Part shown: positions 31,144 through 39,851 of the stretch, piece after piece | How positions within the stretch are numbered: the first letter of the stretch is position 1 | Layout: each line of letters starts with the position of its first letter | Assembly: GCA_001823575.1 (NCBI GenBank) | Contig: MHUW01000007.1 | Location: 24,223-88,222, forward strand | Reading direction: 5' to 3' | DNA from: Candidatus Yonathbacteria bacterium RIFCSPLOWO2_01_FULL_47_33b | Lineage (GTDB): Bacteria > Patescibacteriota > Minisyncoccia > Phycocordibacterales > UBA1550 | DNA length: 64,000 nucleotides | The notes under the pieces: generated by a model | Seen by the model: only the letters and a program-made list of their open reading frames with translations | Told to the model about the DNA's origin: nothing | Databases searched by the model: none | Program-made: the position numbers and the translations under genes

Positions 31144-31283
31144 TAATAGGTATTCTACCATGAATATCTGTCGGCTTTACAAGAAATATTTGAAGGTGTA
31201 CAGTAAGCACTTGATGCAAAAAACTCCGCATGGGCGGATATTTTTTGTTAATAAATTTCATAATAAACTTACCCACCGCCACT

Positions 31284-33059
31284 ATGCAGTTTCAATCTCC
31301 CGTCATCCACCTCAACAGAGTTTTTCCTTTTTTAGAGTGGAAGAAAAACGTAACGAAGGAAACCCTTCGTAAGGATACGATTGCAGGACTCATCGGGGCA
31401 TTTGCCGTACTCCCGCAAGCCGTTGCATTTGCCACCATCGCCGGCCTGCCACCACAATACGGTATTTATGCCGCGATTGTCCCTGCAATCATTGCGGCGC
31501 TGTTTGGGTCATCGAAACACCTCGTATCGGGGCCAACAACAGCAATATCCCTTGTCGTGTTTGCATCTCTCGTTCCCCACGCAACACCGGGAACGAATGA
31601 GTTTATCAGCCTCGCCATCACCCTCTCGTTTCTCGTAGGAGCAATACAGCTCCTCATGGGGTGGATGCGTCTTGGTTCACTCCTCAATTTCATTTCGCAT
31701 ACCGTTATTGTTGGTTTCACCGCGGGCGCAGCAATTCTCATTGCATCAAGTCAACTCAAAAACTTCCTCGGGATTGCCGTTCCGCAAGGAAGTTCTTTTT
31801 ATGAGACAATCGCGACCGTCCTTGCTCATATAAAGGAAACCAACCCGTACATTTTGCTCGTCGCAATGGCAACCTTACTCACGGGGATTCTTTTCCGTCG
31901 CTACTTCAAAAAAATACCGTATATGCTTCCCGCGATCCTGGTCGGCAGTCTCTTGGGTCTCGCACTCAACCACTTCTTAACCCCCGCCATTACGGGACTC
32001 AAAACAATTGGCGCAATACCCGCATCACTTCCTCCGCTTTCTTTCCCCAACCTTGACCTCAAGACAATCTCCCTCCTTGCGTCGTCAGCATTTGCGGTCA
32101 CCCTCCTTGCACTCACCGAGGCCGCAGCGATTGCCCACGCTATCGCCCTGCGTTCCGGCGATCGCATCAACACCAATCGTGAATTTGTCGGACAAGGCCT
32201 TTCAAACGTATTCGGTAGTTTCTTTTCTGCATACCCTGCAAGCGGTTCATTCAACCGCAGTGGCCTCAACTATGAAGCAGGAGCGCAAACTCCCCTTGCA
32301 TCAGTATTTGCGGCACTGGCACTTATTGTTATTGTGCTTTTCGTCTCACCACTTGCTGCCTACCTCCCGCTCGCGGTAATGGCGGCCATTCTTTTCCTCG
32401 TTGCCTGGGGCCTTATTGATTTTCATCACATTCGTGGCATTTGGCGCGCAAGTTACCGTGAGTTTGCTCTCCTCCTCGTCACCTTCCTTTCCACCCTCTT
32501 CATCGAGCTTGAATTCGCTATCTTCATCGGTACCTTTTTCTCAATCGCACTTTACTTGCATCGCTCGTCAATGCCAGCAGTGCTTACCTATCTCCCCGAC
32601 CCTCTTCACAACCAGCCGCGCTTCTCGACTAATATTCAGGGGCCCCGCTGTCCGCAACTTTCGGTAGTGCGTATCGAGGGTGCATTGTTCTTTGGCTCCG
32701 TAAATGACGTGGAGACAAAATTGCACCACATTAAAGAAAAGCATCCGAGTGAGAAAAATCTCCTTCTTGTTCTTGATAGTATGCCCGTTATTGACCTTGC
32801 TGGTTTGGATATGTTGGTACGTGAAAAAGAATCGCGCAAGAAACAAGGCGGCGATCTTTTCCTTACCAACCTCAGCACAAAAACTCTTGAAGCACTTGAG
32901 AGTTCAGGACACATAGAAAAAATTGGGCGTGCAAACATCTTCAGGTCAAAGAATGAAGCTCTCAAAACTATTGTCCCCCTCCTCAGTCAGGACATCTGTA
33001 GCACCTGCCCTGCGCGCATCTTTAGAGAGTGCCCAAAGAGAATCTCAGACAATGCATAA
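31284..33059 (+). CDS. SulP family anion transporter with STAS domain
   Basis: PQAVAFATIAGLPPQYGIY, SGPT, SGSFNRS, GALFFG STAS, C-terminal CxxC. Confidence 0.93.
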   Translation: MQFQSPVIHLNRVFPFLEWKKNVTKETLRKDTIAGLIGAFAVLPQAVAFATIAGLPPQYGIYAAIVPAIIAALFGSSKHLVSGPTTAISLVVFASLVPHATPGTNEFISLAITLSFLVGAIQLLMGWMRLGSLLNFISHTVIVGFTAGAAILIASSQLKNFLGIAVPQGSSFYETIATVLAHIKETNPYILLVAMATLLTGILFRRYFKKIPYMLPAILVGSLLGLALNHFLTPAITGLKTIGAIPASLPPLSFPNLDLKTISLLASSAFAVTLLALTEAAAIAHAIALRSGDRINTNREFVGQGLSNVFGSFFSAYPASGSFNRSGLNYEAGAQTPLASVFAALALIVIVLFVSPLAAYLPLAVMAAILFLVAWGLIDFHHIRGIWRASYREFALLLVTFLSTLFIELEFAIFIGTFFSIALYLHRSSMPAVLTYLPDPLHNQPRFSTNIQGPRCPQLSVVRIEGALFFGSVNDVETKLHHIKEKHPSEKNLLLVLDSMPVIDLAGLDMLVREKESRKKQGGDLFLTNLSTKTLEALESSGHIEKIGRANIFRSKNEALKTIVPLLSQDICSTCPARIFRECPKRISDNA

Positions 33060-33123
33060 AAGCGTTTGACGCCTCCGCCACCCTATGGTAGCCTGCAAAC
33101 AGATAGTTAACCAATAGGAGGCA

Positions 33124-33624
33124 ATGATGAGCAATCGCTGGAGTTTGATTAAAAGGTTTGGCCCTATAACGCATAAAGATTTTATGTTGATAGGTGGCAA
33201 TTTTTGTCATCTGGTAGAGTATTATCATCAGAGAACCTCAGAGACCATCGTGACGCTCTACAAAGAGCTTCCCTACTCTGTAACTGCTCCCGAGGATGGG
33301 ATTAGTGAGTGGGTAGATGAGGAAAACAGCAAGAAAGAGCTTGCAGTAATCGCAGGGATTCAAAACGTACCGCGAGATCTTTTTGATCTTGCAGAAAATG
33401 TGCAAGTAATCGTCGTCCCTAACTTGATGGACAGCAGTAGTAATGTCTGCGGATATATGGAATGCAAAGGACTCCTCTCTCGTCATATGGTGTTCAGTGT
33501 TTCGCCGGACCTTACGGGCAAATACTTACGTAGTCTCTGCCTCAGCAAAGAAAACCGCCCCTCAAAGCTCTGGTTCGGTCAAGGCGACGGTTTCGAGAAA
33601 CTCCATCATTACTCCCTCTCATAG
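33124..33624 (+). CDS. hypothetical protein
   Basis: TTGACG promoter, GGAGG SD, terminator 33639-33667. Confidence 0.7.
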   Translation: MMSNRWSLIKRFGPITHKDFMLIGGNFCHLVEYYHQRTSETIVTLYKELPYSVTAPEDGISEWVDEENSKKELAVIAGIQNVPRDLFDLAENVQVIVVPNLMDSSSNVCGYMECKGLLSRHMVFSVSPDLTGKYLRSLCLSKENRPSKLWFGQGDGFEKLHHYSLS

Positions 33625-33671
33625 CAAGTGCTTCAAATCAAAAGGCTTCCTCACGGAAGCCTTTTTTCTTT

Positions 33672-35144
33672 TTACCCCCTCCTCAGCACCTCAAAGATCT
33701 CTACCATCGCCATCGTGTCGAGGGCGCAGTATTTGAGAAGGTTTGCTTTTGTTTTTTCAATATCTTCATCACTCATACCACCCCTGATCATCTTTTCCCA
33801 TTCGCTGAGCGCCATGGTGCCATTTTGAATATCGAGCGTCTTGTATGAGAGTTCGGGCAAAAGCACGGGCAATACTTTTTTAATAGATGCACTTCCCTGA
33901 AAATCTGGATGTTGATAGTCATCCTTAAAAATTTTCATCAAGTCAAAAACTCTACTGTTGATATCTTCGAGAAAACCGCGATGCTCGGGGTGCAGCTCAG
34001 CGAGCTCCATATTGCGCCCCTTCTCAAATGACTCATACCACACAATGACGCTGCCCACGGGCCCTACACAGCCTCGCAGGGCATCTAGGAGGCCATTTGT
34101 TGCGCCAGGCAGTCCACCCGCAAGGTATTCAAAGTGCTCAAGCGTGCCATCCGCATCAAGCTTGTGCACCGACACCTGAAAGACAATTTGCTGGTTTGTT
34201 TTGTACCCGTCGAGAAGTGGTATGGGCGTGCCGTAGGTTTCGTAGTCGAGAAAGTACAGTGGAAAGGTGAGCTGCGAAAGTGTTTCATCTATTCCTTCTG
34301 TATTGATAATCGGCCGACCCGTTTTTTGTAACGTAACCTTGTCACGCTGTATGTCGGTCAAGTCAAAGTCTTCGGGAATATCTGCAATCTCTAAAACACC
34401 CATATCTAAAAGTTGACGGAGTTTATTCCCCTGCACAATGTGATGCACCGAGTACTCCGGCACCTGCGGATTGAATTTATGGAAACAATCACACCGCTGA
34501 CCGTGGCTCTTATACAAACAGTCACACCCCACGAGCGAAATTTCATCCTTTGCAAGCATTACGAGTGCCCGTTCAATCTCTGCTCGCACCACCTCCTTTT
34601 CCTCATGTATCTGCTCGGTGACGTTCTCAATAATAAAAAGCTGGTTGATATCTACCTCGCCTGCACGGCGATATTCTTTGTTGATATAAATGATGTAACT
34701 ATCGCCCACGTTCACCCCTGCATCCTCGGCGACAATCGTCTGAAACCCGACATCCTTTATATGATTATGCTTGAGGTCGGTCTTGATCTCCGAGCTCGCC
34801 TTTACTTCATAAATATCCCACTTCCCTGTCTCGGCGTTAAAATTCAAAATATCTATTTTTGCAAAGAGCCCTTGCTTGGTCTCAAACGTCGCTTGAAAAA
34901 TCGAGTTGCTCCCCTGCAAAAGCTCCTGCGTACGCGCAAGCAGTGTCTCTTTGTTCCCCGTCACAAACACGCCGTCAGGAAAAAGCTTTTGCACATACTC
35001 CTCCACCTCGTACCCGTCCTTGATGAGCTTTTGCAGAAACAGCGAAAACTCGCCAGGGGTATATTCCTCCGGTCGCTTTTTCTTGAGCCACAAACACTTG
35101 TCGCACAAAAGAAATTCCTTAAAATCGGTTTTGGTGAGGGTCAT
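33672..35144 (-). CDS. DUF2779-like protein (PD-(D/E)xK N-terminus plus RNase H-like domain)
   Basis: LTKTDF...C.K.LWL, IDIL..YEVKAS, FPLYFLDYET, SASIKKVLP, YCALDT. Confidence 0.8.
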   Translation of the reverse strand: MTLTKTDFKEFLLCDKCLWLKKKRPEEYTPGEFSLFLQKLIKDGYEVEEYVQKLFPDGVFVTGNKETLLARTQELLQGSNSIFQATFETKQGLFAKIDILNFNAETGKWDIYEVKASSEIKTDLKHNHIKDVGFQTIVAEDAGVNVGDSYIIYINKEYRRAGEVDINQLFIIENVTEQIHEEKEVVRAEIERALVMLAKDEISLVGCDCLYKSHGQRCDCFHKFNPQVPEYSVHHIVQGNKLRQLLDMGVLEIADIPEDFDLTDIQRDKVTLQKTGRPIINTEGIDETLSQLTFPLYFLDYETYGTPIPLLDGYKTNQQIVFQVSVHKLDADGTLEHFEYLAGGLPGATNGLLDALRGCVGPVGSVIVWYESFEKGRNMELAELHPEHRGFLEDINSRVFDLMKIFKDDYQHPDFQGSASIKKVLPVLLPELSYKTLDIQNGTMALSEWEKMIRGGMSDEDIEKTKANLLKYCALDTMAMVEIFEVLRRG

Positions 35145-36149
35145 TTAAGCTGTTTTCTTTTTCTTGCCACTCACAAGCATCGTAAGAATGAGCCCTACCA
35201 TTTTATCCTTGTGTGCAGGGTCGCTCTCGGCAACGAGGAGTGTGATTGCCGTAAGTGCTGGTGGTGTAATGCGCGACGTATCAAGTGCTTTCGCTTTCGC
35301 AAGGAACCATACAAACGCATATGCGCCACTTCTTTTGTTGCCGTCGATGAACGGATGATTTTTGATAACAAAATAGAGGAGGTGTGCTGCCTTTTCCTCA
35401 ACCGTTGGGTACATATCACTACCACCAAACGACTGCATCACATTCCCCACAATACCCGCCACGCTTCCTCGTTCGCGTTCGGTCGCAAAAAGATCTGTCG
35501 CCTCTCCTTTTACAACGAGGGACTCTTTGAGTGTCGCGAGGGCACTCCCAAAAGTCTCGGCTGTAATTTTAACCGATTTCTTGGTAGCACCATTGGTGAC
35601 CAGAGTGTCTTTATCGTAAGCATCAAGCGAAAGCCAAGTATCAGCAAAGAGCGAGATGAGTTCAAGGATTCCCTCAGTGTCCACGGTCGCACCCTTGGGG
35701 AGTAGTGCCTTCACGTCGGCCACCGTCTTCAAAAACGCATCATAATTTTGTGAAATACGAGACTTGTTTATCGTGTAGCCGTCAACGATATGAGCACGGA
35801 GGGTTTTGGTTGCCCATTGGCGGAATTTTGTACCAACTACCGAATTTATTCGATACCCCACGGCAATCAAAATATCGAGATTATAAATATCAACCTCACG
35901 GCGAACCTCTCTGCCTGACTCATTTTGAACTAGTTCCATTTTGGAACTAGTTGCTCCCCGAGCCAGCTCCTTTCCCTTATAGATATTTTGGATATGCTTT
36001 GAAATTGCTTGCGGATTTACCTCAAACATTTCGGCCATCTGCATACGTGTCGCCCACACCGTTTCCTTACCAAAATCACCCCGAAGCTCAATAGCTCCAG
36101 ATTTTGCTTGATAGATTACCACTTCTTTTTTAATTTCTTTCGCTTTCAT
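35145..36149 (-). CDS. RhuM/Fic-DOC fusion protein
   Basis: YNLDILIAVGYRINS..FRQWAT (RhuM) and HPFIDGNKRSG (Fic). Confidence 0.9.
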   Translation of the reverse strand: MKAKEIKKEVVIYQAKSGAIELRGDFGKETVWATRMQMAEMFEVNPQAISKHIQNIYKGKELARGATSSKMELVQNESGREVRREVDIYNLDILIAVGYRINSVVGTKFRQWATKTLRAHIVDGYTINKSRISQNYDAFLKTVADVKALLPKGATVDTEGILELISLFADTWLSLDAYDKDTLVTNGATKKSVKITAETFGSALATLKESLVVKGEATDLFATERERGSVAGIVGNVMQSFGGSDMYPTVEEKAAHLLYFVIKNHPFIDGNKRSGAYAFVWFLAKAKALDTSRITPPALTAITLLVAESDPAHKDKMVGLILTMLVSGKKKKTA

Positions 36150-36235
36150 TGTAGTGTATTATACCATACCATTTCAGCACACTGTATAAAAAAGCCCATG
36201 CGGAGGCATGGGCTGAATTTCTTTATGTTTTTAAA

Positions 36236-36598
36236 TTATATTTTTGCTGTTGGGCGCTTAGGGAGTCCTTCAATCTTTTTCGCAACCCGTTTTACTTCGG
36301 CCGTGCGACTGAGTTTTTTGTGATTACCAAAGGGCCACATGCGCATGGCACTTTCGCCTTCTACGTGGGTGAATATCCGAAATTTGTGCTCGAACTTTGC
36401 CGCGTTGCATTCCATACGCACAATGAATCGATAAGAGACTTCCACGACATCATGGGGAACATCCTCATTGTCCAACTTGCCACGATAAATCTTGTCATCA
36501 GTGGCGCCACATGATTGCACCAAATCCATCATCGCGGACTCATTGGTCTTTGCATCCTTTGGCTCTACGAACCATGTTGTTACGCGTTCCTTTTTCAT
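36236..36598 (-). CDS. hypothetical protein
   Basis: GGGGAG SD, TTGATT promoter, terminator 36192-36214. Confidence 0.65.
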   Translation of the reverse strand: MKKERVTTWFVEPKDAKTNESAMMDLVQSCGATDDKIYRGKLDNEDVPHDVVEVSYRFIVRMECNAAKFEHKFRIFTHVEGESAMRMWPFGNHKKLSRTAEVKRVAKKIEGLPKRPTAKI

Positions 36599-36681
36599 CG
36601 CGCTTCTCCCCTGTTAAATATGTTATTGAAAACAACCAACCTGCCCACAACCCTACCACAAAAGCGCAGGAAATCAAGATG

Positions 36682-36716
36682 CCTATCATTTGGAAGCTTC
36701 GCTTCCAAATGATAGG
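36682..36716. repeat. 16-bp perfect hairpin
   Basis: CCTATCATTTGGAAGC-ttc-GCTTCCAAATGATAGG. Confidence 0.8.
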
Positions 36717-36753
36717 AAAAGCCCCCGCCATTAGAAAATGGCGGGGGCTTTTG
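36717..36753. terminator. intrinsic terminator
   Basis: AAAAGCCCCCGCCATT-agaa-AATGGCGGGGGCTTTT. Confidence 0.75.
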
Positions 36754-36763
36754 TCTCGAGAAA

Positions 36764-37189
36764 TTAACTAAGTGATGCTACTTCACGCATGATTTGATCA
36801 AGCTTGGTGTTGATAGCTTCTAGTTGTTTCAGAACTGCATCATTGCTGGTGCCGCTTTCAGCGCGAGGAGCGTACGGAGCGCGGGGGCTGAAATCCTTTT
36901 TAGGAAATCTGTCTCCACCTCTATCCTTATTGAAACTTCCTCCTGCTACATTGAAACAATCCTTGCAGTACACAGGCTTTGCTCCCGTAGGGCGAAACGG
37001 TACTTCGCACGCCTTGTGGCACTCTGAACACGTTGCCTTATAGAGCGTAAACGGCGCATCGCTTGATTTACGATCTCCCCAATTCTTCTTGCCATAACTC
37101 GGCGCACCCGAGCGATTAGCACCAAATGAAGGTTTTCCTCCTCTTGCTCCATAACTCCCACTACCCCCTCGTTTGTTGTATTCTGTCAT
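36764..37189 (-). CDS. CxxC-x17-CxxC zinc-ribbon domain protein
   Basis: ATCSECHKACEVPFRPTGAKPVYCKDCF with Gly/Arg-rich flanks. Confidence 0.88.
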   Translation of the reverse strand: MTEYNKRGGSGSYGARGGKPSFGANRSGAPSYGKKNWGDRKSSDAPFTLYKATCSECHKACEVPFRPTGAKPVYCKDCFNVAGGSFNKDRGGDRFPKKDFSPRAPYAPRAESGTSNDAVLKQLEAINTKLDQIMREVASLS

Positions 37190-37315
37190 AAGTACGTGGA
37201 CTATGCACTATATATGAAGAAATAGCAAGGGCGATACTGAAAAGGTCAATTATTCTTAATTAATCTCACCTGTGGATAACTTTTGACTTTTTTTACAAAA
37301 AAGTTATAATATATA

Positions 37316-37388
37316 GGTCTTTCGGTTTTACCATTAAACCGTAAGGGTATTACATCCTAGGGTAGCCCTCCGCAAGGAGGGCTACTTT
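37316..37388 (+). ncRNA. putative small structured RNA convergent on NYN gene
   Basis: TTGACT(37283)-16 bp-TATAAT(37305) promoter, no ORF, hairpin CGGTTT/AAACCG, terminator GTAGCCCTCC-gcaa-GGAGGGCTAC-TTT. Confidence 0.5.
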
Positions 37389-37963
37389 GTTTTCTCTTCT
37401 CGGTGTTTCAAATCACGTCCCCAGATATCTTCTTCGATTTTGAGAACATCAACGTACCCGTCCCCTCCTGTGCGTAATTCTTCAGAGACGTTGTTCTTTG
37501 AGGAATAAGCATACACCTTTTTACCATCTCGCTTCAAATAGGTCACCAAGGCGAGAAAATCAGAATCCCCAGAGAAAAAGATAGCCGTATCATATTTATT
37601 CTTGTAATGAATAACATCAATAGTCATCTCTACGTCCATGTTTCCTTTTTCCTCCACAATATCCCCGTCATCTGAATGAACAGTGATACGTTTGAGTTCT
37701 TTTTTGCGAACAGTAAAACCTAAACCTTTCTTAAGGTAAGTAAAAAATTTATGCTTACCGTCCAATGAATAATCGCGAGTTCCTTCTGCTGGATATGCTG
37801 TGTAATAAAATACATCAATAGTATCCGCTCCATGCTTTTCCTTCAAAAATTTCTTCAATTTTTCAAAATCAAACACCCGTCCCTTCACCTTTTGCGCAGC
37901 CCAAAGGTTCGACGCGTCAATGAAGACGTACACGGCATGCGGTTTCTTTTCATCAGCTGTCAT
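37382..37963 (-). CDS. NYN domain (LabA/DUF88, PIN-like) ribonuclease
   Basis: VFIDASNL, KGNMDVEMTID, FSGDSDF acidic catalytic motifs. Confidence 0.9.
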   Translation of the reverse strand: MTADEKKPHAVYVFIDASNLWAAQKVKGRVFDFEKLKKFLKEKHGADTIDVFYYTAYPAEGTRDYSLDGKHKFFTYLKKGLGFTVRKKELKRITVHSDDGDIVEEKGNMDVEMTIDVIHYKNKYDTAIFFSGDSDFLALVTYLKRDGKKVYAYSSKNNVSEELRTGGDGYVDVLKIEEDIWGRDLKHREEKTK

Positions 37964-37968
37964 AACAA

Positions 37969-38058
37969 TCATTCTACCACATTCTCTGCGAACGCCTCCC
38001 TTAAATATGCTTTTTCGAGAAATTTGAGGTCGGCGAGTTTGGTGGTTTGGAGGGTGCG
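37969..38058 (-). pseudogene. 3' remnant resembling the C-terminus of a type I R-M specificity subunit (HsdS)
   Basis: Manual translation RTLQTTKLADLKFLEKAYLREAFAENVVE*, like the HsdS terminal L..L..s.L.kAF.gel helix; no start codon. Confidence 0.5.
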
Positions 38059-38075
38059 GAAGATGATAAAAATCC

Positions 38076-38576
38076 TTACTTCAACACAACCCCGAGGTCG
38101 TAGATATCAAGTTTTCCATCGTTGTTTAGGTCACCGCTGTCGAGTGTCCCTTGTTTTTTGTGCAGGTCGTAGATGAGTTTTAGGTATTTCCCAAGCACGA
38201 TGCGCGGAATCTCATACTGTCGTTCCTTGCCATACCATTCAAATGGGTCTCGGCCGCTCTTTTTGGCGTTACAACCGCGACATGCAAGCACTTGGTTATC
38301 AAACGTATCTATCGCGATTTTTACCTTAGGAATAATATGCTCCCATTCAAGCCCCTCCTCAGCGCTAGCACAATATGCACAAGCTTTTTCTTCGTTAAAG
38401 AATTTCTTGTTCTCTCGCAAAATGTTCGATGGTTGCATCTGTCCATCTTTCAATTTTTTATACGAATGCATAACAAACCCGTAATTCTTTCGGTCACCAA
38501 CCGTGCTCCCCGCAATGAGCTTTGCGTATTCCCAATAAATAAGGTCCCGAATTGTTTTTACTGAAGCGTGAGGCAT
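38076..38576 (-). CDS. HNH endonuclease
   Basis: CAYC, WEHIIP, NQVLACRGCNAKKS. Confidence 0.88.
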   Translation of the reverse strand: MPHASVKTIRDLIYWEYAKLIAGSTVGDRKNYGFVMHSYKKLKDGQMQPSNILRENKKFFNEEKACAYCASAEEGLEWEHIIPKVKIAIDTFDNQVLACRGCNAKKSGRDPFEWYGKERQYEIPRIVLGKYLKLIYDLHKKQGTLDSGDLNNDGKLDIYDLGVVLK

Positions 38577-38590
38577 GATATTTTAAATTC

Positions 38591-38962
38591 TCAGTCTGCT
38601 TTTTTGTTTCTCGGGATCTCACTTCGGGGTTCTCTTCGAGATTTATCAAAAATATTTTCCAGCCATCTTACTAGGAAATTATGATGGTCACCACCAACCT
38701 CATCATAACGCCTGCCTGTAAGGTTTCTTGTAACTGCCTTTAAAAATTCGGCTAGATGCTCGATTTGTAACTTAATATTAACATCCTTTGTAGAAGTAGC
38801 CAGGGAGCGCGTCGCTCTATATTCTGAATTAAATATATTCGCAAGCTCCTGTTTATGTTTTCTCTCCTTAATAAAGACTGAGAATTCGTAGGTAATAAAA
38901 ATAACATTAACAACAAATGAGACTATCTGGAGCCACTCTGGGCTTGGAATTATATTTGGCAT
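38591..38962 (-). CDS. hypothetical protein with N-terminal TM
   Basis: ORF closely packed in operon; hydrophobic WLQIVSFVVNVIFITY. Confidence 0.6.
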   Translation of the reverse strand: MPNIIPSPEWLQIVSFVVNVIFITYEFSVFIKERKHKQELANIFNSEYRATRSLATSTKDVNIKLQIEHLAEFLKAVTRNLTGRRYDEVGGDHHNFLVRWLENIFDKSRREPRSEIPRNKKAD

Positions 38963-38966
38963 AATT

Positions 38967-39140
38967 TTAGTGTTTGGTTGGGTCTACTAATTTATAAGAA
39001 GATCCTAGTTTTAAGATTGGCGGTAATGTTTTCCCTTTTACACACGTGACTTCAATTCCTGTTTCGCCTCCTCTTGGTCCTATTACTTCATACTGCCCTG
39101 ATCTTGGCACCGCTTGCCCTGGTTTAAATGTATTCTTCAT
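38967..39140 (-). CDS. YjzC-like small protein (57 aa)
   Basis: Manual translation (below ORF-track cutoff): MKNTFKPGQAVPRSGQYEVIGPRGGETGIEVTCVKGKTLPPILKLGSSYKLVDPTKH. Confidence 0.75.
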   Translation of the reverse strand: MKNTFKPGQAVPRSGQYEVIGPRGGETGIEVTCVKGKTLPPILKLGSSYKLVDPTKH

Positions 39141-39145
39141 AATTA

Positions 39146-39709
39146 TTATTCAGCTTCATTAAGTTCTTCCTTTTCCTTGCAATATTTTTCAGAAAAGTCC
39201 TTTAGCGCCACCTTGATGTCTTTAAGTTCACCATCCATTACTGCATCGTTTGTTTCTGGTGTTTTGGGAATAAGTAATTTTACTCCACCACCAAATTTAA
39301 ATTCAAAATTATGAGCAGAGTTATCGATTTCAGCAGAAAAACCTGTTTTATCCTTAGAAACAGCTACATTGGTTGATATTTTTTTAGAGCGAGAAATCAC
39401 TTTGGGTGACCAGTTTGCCATTTTTGTTGGATCAACCCCATATTTTTCATAATCAGAAAGAACTTTAGTTACACGTGACTTATAAGTTGCCAGTGAGCTT
39501 GCGCTGAAGTTTTTGTTTTTTGAAAATACGTTCTGGTAAATTTGCTCGATGTTTTTGCTAAATACGTCTATCGAATTGCGCTCCTCTTCATTTAATACTG
39601 CCTCAAACAGCTTCAGTGCTGTTTTAAGTGCCATACCTGTATTGTCAGGGTATTTTCTGCTCTTGACCGCTCTGTCTATAAACTCATATAGATCTTGAAT
39701 TTTTTTCAT
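39146..39709 (-). CDS. hypothetical protein (helical N-domain, S..TYKSR motif)
   Basis: Clean 187-aa ORF with TTGACT promoter; AT-rich. Confidence 0.75.
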   Translation of the reverse strand: MKKIQDLYEFIDRAVKSRKYPDNTGMALKTALKLFEAVLNEEERNSIDVFSKNIEQIYQNVFSKNKNFSASSLATYKSRVTKVLSDYEKYGVDPTKMANWSPKVISRSKKISTNVAVSKDKTGFSAEIDNSAHNFEFKFGGGVKLLIPKTPETNDAVMDGELKDIKVALKDFSEKYCKEKEELNEAE

Positions 39710-39851
39710 GATATTTTTGGGGTTAATTAGTAACTCCTAAATGCTATCACAACTCAACAATATAAGTCAAGTGATAATATAAACAGATTTGTGTATAATC
39801 TGTTTATATGTGGTTTTTAAAGGGTTTTATGTTATTAAAGTTTTATTTGGA

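Noticed and set aside
34413-35705. 430-aa plus-strand ORF
   Set aside because: Antisense shadow of the DUF2779 and RhuM/Fic genes; no motifs or expression signals.
37271-37279. Perfect DnaA box TGTGGATAA as a possible oriC
   Set aside because: Single box, no cluster, no dnaA/dnaN nearby; it may at most modulate the adjacent promoter.
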